Virus record (IMG/VR): IMGVR_UViG_3300024265_000039
Span: 22,109-86,108 of that record
DNA length: 64,000 nucleotides
Direction: 5' to 3' (one strand)
From: a virus
A program made the translations under genes and the position numbers. Shown in pieces: positions 39,012 to 48,694 of the stretch; the first letter of the stretch is position 1, and each line of letters starts with the position of its first letter. Below the pieces are notes generated by a model, which saw nothing but the letters and a program-made list of their open reading frames with translations, was not told the origin of the DNA and made no database searches.

Positions 39012-39806
39012 CTACTTTTTGCCCCGTAAGACCTGCTTCGCTTCAAAATCAAGTCCGGCTCCAGCAGTACGAATCCACCATAAGGCACTTTCAAATTGCT
39101 TAACCTGATCTTTTTGAGTACGCGCCGAATAAACCTTCCGTATTTCCCTGGCGCCCTCATTTAACCGATCTCTAGCATTCTCGATTGCCTGAGTCCGATA
39201 AGTGACCCAAAGAGAATTAAGCCCATTAGCCAGCTTCTTTGCCCTGGCTTCCACTTTCTTGACAATTGCTTTGTCCGGTGCTTGTCGGGGGGATGAAATA
39301 GCCGCTAACTTGTAACATTCCCGCGCCAACAAACGTAGCTTTTTCGCCATTCGGCGCTGCTCCGGCGACACAACCTTCACACGTCGTTCATACGCTCGGA
39401 TCACGCTTCGCCGCGATAGGCGAGGGTTGCGCTGTTTGCGCTTAAAATTCAGAGCATATCGATGCGCAAGCCTTGCCTGCTGTACCGCCATAATCATGTG
39501 GCGGCGATAATCCCTATCATTGACAGGGGTTCTTCGCGCCAAAACCCTCCGTAAGGAAACCTTCGCCTTCTTAATGCTGTCTCCCCCTCGCTCAATAGCA
39601 ATCCTTAGCGATTCAGAGTCGGGGGATTTGGGGATACCTGGAAGCATACTCACCATCTCGCTCCGAAGAAAACCGAGATGGTCAAGAGCCAACGGCGCGG
39701 CTTTATGGTTCAAGTCCGGCTGGCGCTTGAATATCTCCCTGTCCAGCGAAGCCATAGCGTCGCGTACAAGTTTTAGTTGATGATCGGTAATCTGATTTGT
39801 TGGCAT
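39012..39806 (-). CDS. Highly basic protein of two tandem helical modules
   Basis: R/K-rich; likely start MPTNQ; extended -10 TGgTAAGAT upstream near 39959-39967. Confidence 0.7.
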   Translation of the reverse strand: MPTNQITDHQLKLVRDAMASLDREIFKRQPDLNHKAAPLALDHLGFLRSEMVSMLPGIPKSPDSESLRIAIERGGDSIKKAKVSLRRVLARRTPVNDRDYRRHMIMAVQQARLAHRYALNFKRKQRNPRLSRRSVIRAYERRVKVVSPEQRRMAKKLRLLARECYKLAAISSPRQAPDKAIVKKVEARAKKLANGLNSLWVTYRTQAIENARDRLNEGAREIRKVYSARTQKDQVKQFESALWWIRTAGAGLDFEAKQVLRGKK

Positions 39807-40005
39807 TTCATAGCCCCTTTTTCTGAAGAACTGGCCGGGCAATCAGTCTGTTGTTCTCTTTAACCAGATGATGGTCAATTGACCAAGTCTACGCGAAATT
39901 GCGCTTCTGAGAGTATCGTCCAATACCAGCTTACCCTGCCCGACCAACCTTATTTATAATCTTACCACAAAACGATTATAAAAGAAAGCATCAGATTGGA
40001 TATTT

Positions 40006-40444
40006 AACGCAAGTTCTCCACCGGGCAATGCCTCCTCTAAAACAAAAACACACCGCAAGAGCCATGCCGTCCACCAGGGGAACGCCGGGAAATGGCATTG
40101 GTTCGCGTGGTGCGTGTTTTGTCTTTTGAGTATATGCCCGGTGTGAGACCGCGTTTCTTGCCGTCTGGGGTATAGGACTTGGCCCTATCGCGCAGACGGC
40201 CATCGCCAGTAGGGGGTACGACGGTTACCATGCACAGACAAGTGAACGGCAGGTGTCGTACACCCCAACGCACCAAAATGCGCTTTCTTAGCGACGGTGC
40301 GCGGAGTATTCACACGGCGCAATGAGTTTCGTCGGGAAAGACTACACTCATTTACAAGTATGAATAATCTCCGCGCAGCATTCAAGTCGCAGTGAAGCAC
40401 TACGACAGAATGATCGGAGGTTGTGAGGGGGTTAGCCTTCCGAT
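40006..40444 (-). ncRNA. Large structured RNA of unknown class
   Basis: Seven consecutive hairpins with no credible ORF; most non-Watson-Crick positions are G-U on the minus strand. Confidence 0.65.
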
Positions 40445-40883
40445 TGAGCTTCGCCGGTTGCCCAATTTTCACCCTTAATCACTTCAGTATTTCGGGGTTC
40501 GGCAGGGCATGGGGTCAAGGTGATCCCAGTGGGAACCCAGCGTGTAATTTGCCCATCCACGCTATCAACGACAAAACTCATTGATGCATAATGTAACTGC
40601 CCTTGTTCTATCAAGCCCTGGACTCCTTTTCTGACCAGGGCATCCTCGTCAAGTTGAGTTTCTACCCACAGCCCAACTGCATCGCGTTTAACGACGCGGG
40701 CTATACCAACGAGAACAGTTCTTGAGGACTCTGGATCGAGTCCATCCACAAAAACAGGCATTGCTTCATCTAGGATAACGATGTTCGTTTCCGGGGTGAA
40801 ATATTCGCCTTGCAGATCAGTCTGGTCGGGGCCCCCCAAACAATGAAATACCCCCTAATGCATGGGCCATCCGAGTTATCCAT
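40432..40883 (-). pseudogene. Second prohead protease homolog, frameshifted and lacking the catalytic His motif
   Basis: MDNSDGPCIRGYFIVWG shifts frame at a G6 run into GPDQTDLQGEYFTPET...GLWVE...ITLTPCPAEPR. Confidence 0.65.
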
Positions 40884-41211
40884 AGCCTTCACCGTCAGTT
40901 TCCGGCTCGACCCCATCTGATGCTTCGGTTTCAACCGAGCCAGTTTCCTGGAATCCGGTCGCCGGGTCGGGTGTTGCTGGCCGGGTTTGTCGCTTCTTTC
41001 GGGGCGGGGGCAGGGCGTCCAGACCCAGTATTTCCGCTACAGGGGTCAGGGCGGTAACGACTGCGGACTGGGTAAGCCCGTCCAATGCGATACCAACCAC
41101 CGTCTGACCATTGGTGACGGACACGCTGGGAGGATCGTAACTGTACAACCATGCCTGATCGCCGGTCACTTTCCGAATAGCTTCATCAACTTGCTCACGA
41201 CTTGCATCCAT
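40876..41211 (-). CDS. Hypothetical protein
   Basis: AGGAG RBS, 111 aa. Confidence 0.6.
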   Translation of the reverse strand: MDASREQVDEAIRKVTGDQAWLYSYDPPSVSVTNGQTVVGIALDGLTQSAVVTALTPVAEILGLDALPPPRKKRQTRPATPDPATGFQETGSVETEASDGVEPETDGEGYG

Positions 41212-41231
41212 GATATATCTCCTCTTATACG

Positions 41232-42704
41232 TTATACGAAAACCACTTTCCGCGCTGCTCTGGCCGCGTACAGTGTCAGCCCCAGGGCGTCAGCCTTATC
41301 CGGGCTTCGTCCCAGACTTTCCCTCAGCCCGTCTTTCCCTTCTACCTGTATCTTACCATCACTTCGGTACTCCCACGAAGGCGCACACAGATCGCCGGAA
41401 AGTTTGTCGTCGGGGGGCAGGGCAATTGGATCATCACTGTCCGGGTCTAATGCCTCTCGCATCATCCACCAGATTGCACTTCGCAGGTTCATAAACTCTT
41501 CCCGGTTCCGCCCTCGCATCTTGCTCCGCCTGGATACATTTACCCCCATAACGGCATACTCAAGTTCGGCCAGCCGGGAATAGACCCCGGCCCCCACGCC
41601 AATAGCATCAACAGCGATAGGGGTGTCCTTATCGACAAGCGCAGCGACGCGCCCGGCAGTTTCCATGATCTCCTGCTTGTCATACGATTTGATCCAATAG
41701 ACGACCCGCCCAACCATCTTGCAAATCGCCGTCTTGTCGGCACCCTTATAGGCCGGGTCAACACCATAGGCCGTGCGCGGAGGTTCTGGCTCTTCGCCTT
41801 CCTCCAATTCCGGGGGGATATATTTACCCTCACATTCACGCCACCGGTCATTTGCCTTTTCAACCCAGTGCAACGGGATCACCTTATCCTCGCCACTATC
41901 GTGGAACTCCGCCAGGGCGTAGTTACGGTACGGTTGAGAGTCCTCCCCCCATTGGCGTTTACGCTGGTCGGCCCATTCCTGTGTAATCCGTCCGGCCTCA
42001 ATGCATTCCTGCAAAGTGATGTGGATGGAGCGCCAGTCTTCAAACCCTGGCGCTCGACGACAAATATTGTAAAACCGCCCAGACATGCGCCCAGGGGTAG
42101 AGATCATCAGCGTGTAATGGTTGCCGGGGGTACTCAGTGTCCCCTCCCAAGCATCGAAGAACGGGTCATCAATATTTTTAGCTTCATCAAGGATAATCAT
42201 AACATTATTGGCATGAACTCCTTCCAGGTTCCAGGGGTTACCACTGGCAACGCAGAACAGCTCCTTATGAGGGGGGATACGTACTTCCGTGCCCAGGATC
42301 ATCGGGGTAGGGGAGAGATCGGTTCTCATCAACCATTTACGAACTTCCGGCATCAACATCTTGGTTAACTGCCGCCACACACTGGCCGTCAGGATTACCT
42401 TCGTATCATCCAGGAAGGCATATAACGCCCAGATCGCACACCACGCAGCGATTGTGGTCTTCCCAGCACCTCGCGGGGCTTTGACCACAACACGCTTATA
42501 CGTAAGCAAGTCTCGCAATACCCGTGCCTGATATGGGGCAGGCTCAGCTTTCAGCTTTTCCCTGACGAAGCGGAGAATACCGTCGTCAGCTTCAAACTGG
42601 TCACTCCCCCCCGCCGCCTCCAGTAGTGATTGCTGTAATTGGTGCACCGAGGATGTTATCAAGCCCTGCTGCAATTGCTCGGAGCGCTTTTGGGTCTTTA
42701 ACAT
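41232..42704 (-). CDS. terL: Terminase large subunit
   Basis: YQ motif, Walker A APRGAGKT, Walker B IILDEA, coupling motif ISTP, nuclease GVDPA, SPDKADA. Confidence 0.95.
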   Translation of the reverse strand: MLKTQKRSEQLQQGLITSSVHQLQQSLLEAAGGSDQFEADDGILRFVREKLKAEPAPYQARVLRDLLTYKRVVVKAPRGAGKTTIAAWCAIWALYAFLDDTKVILTASVWRQLTKMLMPEVRKWLMRTDLSPTPMILGTEVRIPPHKELFCVASGNPWNLEGVHANNVMIILDEAKNIDDPFFDAWEGTLSTPGNHYTLMISTPGRMSGRFYNICRRAPGFEDWRSIHITLQECIEAGRITQEWADQRKRQWGEDSQPYRNYALAEFHDSGEDKVIPLHWVEKANDRWRECEGKYIPPELEEGEEPEPPRTAYGVDPAYKGADKTAICKMVGRVVYWIKSYDKQEIMETAGRVAALVDKDTPIAVDAIGVGAGVYSRLAELEYAVMGVNVSRRSKMRGRNREEFMNLRSAIWWMMREALDPDSDDPIALPPDDKLSGDLCAPSWEYRSDGKIQVEGKDGLRESLGRSPDKADALGLTLYAARAARKVVFV

Positions 42705-43275
42705 GAGCTTTTACCAAATAGGCTAACCGGGAAACTAGGGTCATCTGATCTTCGACGGTTGCGAATAATTGCATGGTCACACGATGCTGGCGTTCCTCTC
42801 GCGCCAGTTTCCGACGCTGCTCCATCAAATCCAGCATCTCTTGCCATAGCTCGCCCTCATTAGGGCCTCGCTGAACTACGAGCAGCAACGAATGGGCCAT
42901 ATCCGCAAAAGCATCGCTGTCCCCCTGGCGAATAGCACGTTCAAGCATATCTGCCGCTACTTTCAAGTCCGTAAACCAACCGGCAGCATGTCCATCCCCG
43001 GCCATCAATCGTTCCAGGTTCTCAGCGATCCGAACATCAATCAGGGCAATCTCACTATTCATCGAGATCAAATCCGGGTCATTAATCGCCTGCTGGTAAC
43101 GCCGACGAAACTCCCCATCCAGTATCTCGACATGCCTGCCGTGAACGAAATTGGCGGAAGCTAGGCCCTTGGGGGTCGCGCCGCCATGCAAACGGCACCT
43201 GCCATTCGCCATTCCCCACGTCCTACAAGGCTTGCCATTCCTTTTTTTTGCGCCGCAACGCTTCTTTGCTCTCAT
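42601..43275 (-). CDS. terS: Terminase small subunit (HGGxSTG-type N-terminus)
   Basis: CGAK..NGKPC...NGRCRLHGGATP directly upstream of terL. Confidence 0.75.
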   Translation of the reverse strand: MRAKKRCGAKKRNGKPCRTWGMANGRCRLHGGATPKGLASANFVHGRHVEILDGEFRRRYQQAINDPDLISMNSEIALIDVRIAENLERLMAGDGHAAGWFTDLKVAADMLERAIRQGDSDAFADMAHSLLLVVQRGPNEGELWQEMLDLMEQRRKLAREERQHRVTMQLFATVEDQMTLVSRLAYLVKAHVKDPKALRAIAAGLDNILGAPITAITTGGGGGE

Positions 43276-43328
43276 ACCACTTCCCCTTCAGTCTAAACAT
43301 TGCAGGGTCTTTCGCGCTCTATAGGGTA

Positions 43329-43628
43329 TCATTTTCGAGAAAATACCGGCCATGTGTCCAATATCTCCTTCAGCCAATCCCGCGCATCTGCATCGCCGTC
43401 TTTAGCCTGCTGTACAGCCTTTTTTACAATTTCCCCCCACGCTTCCAGGGACAAACTCTGGGCGACTACTTGATACGATTCAGGCACTGTCATATCAGCC
43501 CGACGGGACTGCCCCAAGGCTTCAATTTCCTTTTGAAGTTGTTTGCGCCTGTCTTGGGGTAGCGGGGGTTCCGACCCGACATCAGTTGGTTGACGATCAC
43601 TCATTGTATGTGTACCCCTTCTCTCCAA
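43329..43628 (-). CDS. Small helical protein
   Basis: IVKKAVQQAKDGDADARDWL motif; start uncertain. Confidence 0.5.
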   Translation of the reverse strand: MERRGTHTMSDRQPTDVGSEPPLPQDRRKQLQKEIEALGQSRRADMTVPESYQVVAQSLSLEAWGEIVKKAVQQAKDGDADARDWLKEILDTWPVFSRK

Positions 43629-43739
43629 TATTTATACTTTATCCAGTTTCCTCATCCTATCATGCGAGGTAGGGAGCAATCAAGCCGGGAGTGACCGCAC
43701 CCATGATAGCAACGCAGGCGGGTTCATTCCCGTTGTAAG

Positions 43740-43985
43740 TCACCAGCGTTCCAACTCTCTAGGGCGGAGAAGCCATGCGCATTGTTTTAGATACCGGCGT
43801 TGTCGCCACATGACGCGAGGCATTATCAGCCAATTGCGGGGGGTTACGGGTATGGGCGGTTTGACAAGGAGTTCTGCCATTGCCAAGCAATTGAAACACC
43901 GCCACTCGATATTGGGTGGCAAGCTCGTGGCTGTCATGGGTTTGTAGCAGTAAGGGCAAGTTGCGATGGCGTATTTGTCACTCAT
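43740..43985 (-). CDS. Small Zn-ribbon protein
   Basis: CPYC...CFNC. Confidence 0.5.
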   Translation of the reverse strand: MSDKYAIATCPYCYKPMTATSLPPNIEWRCFNCLAMAELLVKPPIPVTPRNWLIMPRVMWRQRRYLKQCAWLLRPRELERW

Positions 43986-44613
43986 GTTTCACCTCGCTAT
44001 CTTGATCGTTTGCAACCGTTTCCTGCGCTTTCCCGCTCATGATGTGCGATTCTATTAGCTTGACAACGGAAGCCGGGTCAAGAGAGCCTCCTGGGAGTAA
44101 CGGCACTACCACCCCAACGGGATGCAACCGGATCGTGATTTCTTCGTGCCAAAAAGGAGGCATTTCCTCGTCAGGATTAAGAGGGGCAGAAGGTATCCGC
44201 ACCCCGAAACCAATAGGTACTTCCATCAGCTTCCCAGAAGACGTGATAAAGGTTGAAGGGCGGGCACGGATATAGACCTTATACCCCCGCCACCGTATGC
44301 CTTCCCAGTTAAACTTTGGAAGATTGTTTCGTGCCGTCGGGTCTCTGAACCAAAGCACTCTTTCTGTAATGACATAATCCCGGAGCGCCACTTCAATCAT
44401 AACGGGGGCTAATTGATATTCAACAGTTAGATCACGAACGTGGGTTAATATCCCGTGTTCAATCAACTGTTGTTCTCCCAACTTGGCTTGTTCACGAAGG
44501 TTGCCCCAAATGCTTCGCCGGGGATCGTTTTCCTCATCCCATTGCTCGACAGGAATCCCGCTCAGTTGCTCAAATACTTCTCGGAGGTTTTCGGGTAACT
44601 CGATCTTGTACAT
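43978..44613 (-). CDS. Hypothetical protein
   Basis: 211 aa with RBS. Confidence 0.6.
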   Translation of the reverse strand: MYKIELPENLREVFEQLSGIPVEQWDEENDPRRSIWGNLREQAKLGEQQLIEHGILTHVRDLTVEYQLAPVMIEVALRDYVITERVLWFRDPTARNNLPKFNWEGIRWRGYKVYIRARPSTFITSSGKLMEVPIGFGVRIPSAPLNPDEEMPPFWHEEITIRLHPVGVVVPLLPGGSLDPASVVKLIESHIMSGKAQETVANDQDSEVKHE

Positions 44614-44624
44614 ATCAGCACCTT

Positions 44625-44864
44625 TCAGTTAACGCAAACGTATCGCTGCCCGGCAAGCTGGAAGGCTCGGTACCGCCTCATATTAGGGGTGATTTCTAAC
44701 AACGCCATACCACCGCATTTCTCACAGTAATCCATGCACCCTGCTTCATCTTCGTTGCACTCGCAACAATTGCATTTACCTGTACCGGCGCAATGGGGGC
44801 AAACTATCGCCTGCCTAATGCGTGCATCGATCCTCTGAAGCGTATCTTTCTCTTTGCTGGTCAT
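44625..44864 (-). CDS. Cys-rich small protein
   Basis: CPHCAGTGKC...CEKCGG. Confidence 0.55.
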   Translation of the reverse strand: MTSKEKDTLQRIDARIRQAIVCPHCAGTGKCNCCECNEDEAGCMDYCEKCGGMALLEITPNMRRYRAFQLAGQRYVCVN

Positions 44865-45355
44865 AGCTCACCTTTTTCATAATTTTGTGCGCTCCAGGAT
44901 TGCCATCCCTTCTCGGTGAACTCGCGCGAGTAGACTTCTTTCCGGGGGATGATCGGCTCCCAGGCAGGATTGCACATGACCCGATAATGGCGGCACTCGG
45001 CAGCGCTGAGTGCTTTCCTCCACATGCCTTCCTCCCAGATGTAGCGGGCCCAATCGCCGAAAAAGGCTTTGCACCAGACTCTTGCCAATCGTGGCTCGAA
45101 GGGCCTGGGGTTCTCCTTATCCCAGAAGCTGAGGGACAGATGATAGCAACGCTCGTAATCCGGGTTTTTAAACCAGCCGCAGGAGTGATAGCCGACATCC
45201 CTGGTGAACAGCAGCAGGGTGCCAGTTTCGGGATGAAGGCATTTGGCATGGTCGAAATAGGCGTTGGTTGTGTGGCCGTCGAAATAGCCGGTTTGGGCGT
45301 GGTGTTTCATAGCCGCGACGACACGTTCCATGGATGGGGTGATGATGTGGCCCAT
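44861..45355 (-). CDS. Hypothetical phage protein
   Basis: 164 aa, HLSLS motif, ATGA coupling. Confidence 0.6.
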   Translation of the reverse strand: MGHIITPSMERVVAAMKHHAQTGYFDGHTTNAYFDHAKCLHPETGTLLLFTRDVGYHSCGWFKNPDYERCYHLSLSFWDKENPRPFEPRLARVWCKAFFGDWARYIWEEGMWRKALSAAECRHYRVMCNPAWEPIIPRKEVYSREFTEKGWQSWSAQNYEKGEL

Positions 45356-45361
45356 GATGAT

Positions 45362-45682
45362 TCAATCCTTCTTTTCTTTGCCGAGTTGGTCCTGCTGCTC
45401 CTCGCACTCCCCGGCGTCGCCATTCCGAAGTAGCTTTTCAATCGTATCGTTCATAACCCGTCGCATCTCTTCAGGCACTTCTTTTGAAGGCTTCATATCA
45501 TAGCCGACCAGATACCCGCCTCTCTTGACGAATGAAGACGTAAAAACCGGCATTCTGATGAGGGAACCGATGATTCCCTCATCGCTCGGCACGTGCTCGG
45601 CTATTTCTTTTGCCAACTGGGGGGAGACTACCGCATAACCCTGGTTGCGCCGAGATAAGCTAGGTACATGAAATTCAATCAT
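45362..45682 (-). CDS. Hypothetical protein
   Basis: 106 aa in operon. Confidence 0.45.
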   Translation of the reverse strand: MIEFHVPSLSRRNQGYAVVSPQLAKEIAEHVPSDEGIIGSLIRMPVFTSSFVKRGGYLVGYDMKPSKEVPEEMRRVMNDTIEKLLRNGDAGECEEQQDQLGKEKKD

Positions 45683-46183
45683 CGGCCCGTATGTCGGCCA
45701 CGGCGGTTTTAATTGACCTGCATATGGAATATCGCCGCCGAGCGTGCGCGACCAATCCCAGATGACGGGGCGTTTCCTAGGACCCCCCCCACGCCATAAT
45801 CAGCATGGGCAGTAGCACGCCGATTACGAGTGCAGCGATAATTGCGAGTGTTTCGATCATTGGTTGCCTTCCTCTTCTTTCCCTGACTCACTGCCCACAT
45901 AGACCACCATCACCAACGCCTGCCTTTCATGCCTTCAGCCACACCCCTGACAACGCCCTGTTGCAATGTGGTTTTCAACACCTTCGCCGTCACGACCTCA
46001 CTGCAAATCCGGCATAGGATCAATTTTACCCAACCCCCCGGGTCAAGGTCAACTACCAGCCCAGCCCCTTCAGCCTGTACCCACCCGGATTCGGAAGCCT
46101 CCAAGTGAGGGCAAGCGATCCAGGCGACCTCCCCATCTACGCTCTCGTCGTCCATTGCTGTAGGCTTGACCATCGCTGCCTCC

Positions 46184-46819
46184 CTATGCGTCGATTTCCT
46201 CATCATCCTCGACAAGATGCCGACTGTGAGCATAGAGGTTTTGAGCCGTTACGTTACCAGCAAAATATTCACTCGTTGCCGTACATTGCGCACGCATAGC
46301 CCCCACCATTTGGTGGCCGCCGACATTCAAAATCGCGCCAACGGCAACTCCCAAACTCGCACCGCCTGCCCAGGCTTCGGCTGTCGCTCCAATATAAGCG
46401 AATGCCCAGCCTGCCGCCTCCTGTTTCTTGATGAGTGCCTGGACTTTGGGCAGATCGAATTCCTGGCTGGCGTTTTCTTGGCCGTCTGTGACAATTACAA
46501 TCAGCACCTTGTCGCCGGAGTTGGCGTGCTGTTCCATTTCGCCAATCATTTTCCCAACTGCATCATGTAGTGGGGTCATTTGATTGGGGCTGTAGGTAGC
46601 CTTGTCCAAGTCATTGATGTCTTTGGCGCGAACATCCACATGACGGAAATTCACACCCTGAGCAGTATCGAAGGTGGCGAATGTCACCCGCGCCTTTTCC
46701 TTGCGAAGAGTAGCCAGATAGTTGTTGACAGCCACGATAGTTTCATCCCGCCTGACTTGCATTGATCCTGTCTCGTCGAGCAAAAAACCGACCCTATTTT
46801 TACCGTTCTTCTTTGACAT
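46184..46819 (-). CDS. von Willebrand factor A domain protein
   Basis: LDETGSM, TPLHDA, VTDGQENAS MIDAS-type motifs. Confidence 0.88.
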   Translation of the reverse strand: MSKKNGKNRVGFLLDETGSMQVRRDETIVAVNNYLATLRKEKARVTFATFDTAQGVNFRHVDVRAKDINDLDKATYSPNQMTPLHDAVGKMIGEMEQHANSGDKVLIVIVTDGQENASQEFDLPKVQALIKKQEAAGWAFAYIGATAEAWAGGASLGVAVGAILNVGGHQMVGAMRAQCTATSEYFAGNVTAQNLYAHSRHLVEDDEEIDA

Positions 46820-46823
46820 TGTT

Positions 46824-47711
46824 TTACTCCCTATTGGTTACGATTTCTTTCTTGATTTTATGCACTCTAAAGGGCTGTGCTTTCCCATCCCCTTCGTGTG
46901 GAGATTTCCAATATAGCCCGGTATGCTTGCCGAATAGCCGGTGACCTTCCTCATCAGGATACCAAGCGAAATGCCCCTTTTTGCCCACGCTTTTACGTTT
47001 AACCGCTTGCCGTGCCGCTCCGTCAGGATCGTACCGCTTGCGCGTTTCCGTGATAATCACCACATAGAAATCAGGTGGGCTATACCCGTGTTTACGTTCC
47101 ATCCGTCGTCGATGCTGGCGCGGCGATGTGACATGCTCCACATCGCGACGATTGTGAATATGACTGAGCGCCCAGAATACCACTGGCATACTGAGAACTG
47201 AAAACCGAACAACTAGCTCCTGCTGGTCAGCGTCGTAGTCTGGGCCAAGCACAACCCCGACTTCGTTCCTTGTCCCTGGCCGAGGGATAAACCATCCATG
47301 TTTATCGAACGCGATAACGCAAAAAGCATCAACTGCCATCAACTGATCGCTTTCAGACAGGAACCGTCGGGCGATATAAATATGGGCAGCCTCCGGCACC
47401 ATTGATTCCGGGAGAAGTTCCGGGAATTGGGCGATTCCTTCTGGAGACAATTTATACACCGAATAGCCGCTCCGACACAAATTACCCGTATGCGGGTTTA
47501 TCCCCGACCATTCCACCCAAAGGCTTCCAGTCGGAGGGATACAACGCTCATACTCCGAAGCATCCCAACCCTCATCATCATCAATGGTAGCCGCATCGAT
47601 CCAATCCTGGACTTCACTGGCCTCAACAAAGAACATATCACGCATGGATAAGTCAAGAATCCCAGAGAGAATCAGCTTTTCGAACAGTTTCAGCCGGGTA
47701 ATTTTTGCCAT
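46824..47711 (-). CDS. Hypothetical phage protein
   Basis: 295 aa; C-terminal KGHF...YW.SPH pattern. Confidence 0.6.
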   Translation of the reverse strand: MAKITRLKLFEKLILSGILDLSMRDMFFVEASEVQDWIDAATIDDDEGWDASEYERCIPPTGSLWVEWSGINPHTGNLCRSGYSVYKLSPEGIAQFPELLPESMVPEAAHIYIARRFLSESDQLMAVDAFCVIAFDKHGWFIPRPGTRNEVGVVLGPDYDADQQELVVRFSVLSMPVVFWALSHIHNRRDVEHVTSPRQHRRRMERKHGYSPPDFYVVIITETRKRYDPDGAARQAVKRKSVGKKGHFAWYPDEEGHRLFGKHTGLYWKSPHEGDGKAQPFRVHKIKKEIVTNRE

Positions 47712-47735
47712 GAAAATCTCCGGGGATAGTTTTCG

Positions 47736-48071
47736 TTAATTCGTATAGACCAGACTTCCATCAATGCGTAATTCATGCCGGAAATCGGGATACTTATCCG
47801 CGCATAATACGGTGTATTGCATTTCATGACCAGCCCAGCGAAGCGTTGGGAATAAAATGGAAACAGGGTCACAAAGTATAATCGCCATACCGTGGGCCGG
47901 GTCACCAAATCCAGGCGGACAGTTCTCTGGCAACATAAACCCACGCCACCACTGACAGATTTCGGCTTCCTCTTTACGAAAGTACGGGTCGCTATCGTAT
48001 CGCTCTAAAAACACTTCGACCTGAAAGTCACCCTGCAAGTTACCAATTTCCACCATCGCTTCAAAAATCAT
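47736..48071 (-). CDS. Hypothetical protein (MIFEAM paralog 1)
   Basis: Shares MIFEAM start and LFPTLR motif with 48075..48434. Confidence 0.6.
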   Translation of the reverse strand: MIFEAMVEIGNLQGDFQVEVFLERYDSDPYFRKEEAEICQWWRGFMLPENCPPGFGDPAHGMAIILCDPVSILFPTLRWAGHEMQYTVLCADKYPDFRHELRIDGSLVYTN

Positions 48072-48074
48072 TTG

Positions 48075-48434
48075 TTATCCCTCTCTAGGCGTACTAAACT
48101 GCGTTTTCCGAATCAGTTTGTCGTCAAGATATATTTCCTGTTCAATCTCCCACCAATCAGGAATGGCTTGATTGGCGATCACTGTATGCCCGCGCCTCCA
48201 CACAGGGCGCTTACTTACATAACACGTTACAGTCTCGCCAACCTTCCGAAGCGTTGGAAACAAAACCTGCTCCGATCTACAATACGAGTGCAAAAACCGA
48301 TGAGAAGGCACGTTCTCAGACAACATAAATACGTCCCATCCACTGTTTTTCTTCGGCCAGTTAAAATCATTCCATCGCACCAGGGCTTCAAATTGCATAC
48401 CAGAATCATCAACAAGCATCGCCTCAAAAATCAT
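48075..48434 (-). CDS. Hypothetical protein (MIFEAM paralog 2)
   Basis: ATGA overlap with the upstream ORF; LFPTLR motif. Confidence 0.6.
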   Translation of the reverse strand: MIFEAMLVDDSGMQFEALVRWNDFNWPKKNSGWDVFMLSENVPSHRFLHSYCRSEQVLFPTLRKVGETVTCYVSKRPVWRRGHTVIANQAIPDWWEIEQEIYLDDKLIRKTQFSTPREG

Positions 48435-48649
48435 CGCGCCCTCGCAAACACTTGCGGCCACCGCTCAAAAACACAGCGCCGTAACTCGTCCGGCGAAACT
48501 CTCTGGTCAGCCAATTCATAAATTGCGTCCACGATTTCCACCGCCAACATCTCGTCAATGCTGCACGCCTGCATGATCTCCCTGACATGCAACCCGCGCA
48601 TATATGCATCGAATACCTTTTCCCAATTATCGCACCGAGCATCAATCAT
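48431..48649 (-). CDS. Small HTH-like protein
   Basis: GAGGAG RBS; YMRGLHVREIMQ pattern. Confidence 0.5.
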   Translation of the reverse strand: MIDARCDNWEKVFDAYMRGLHVREIMQACSIDEMLAVEIVDAIYELADQRVSPDELRRCVFERWPQVFARAR

Positions 48650-48694
48650 AGAACTTCTCCTCAGTATCGCTGTAACTGCTCCTTACTTATACCA

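Noticed and set aside
40320-40352. Hammerhead ribozyme suggested by GACGAAAC on the minus strand
   Set aside because: The CUGANGA core is absent; better explained as a GUA/GAA internal loop
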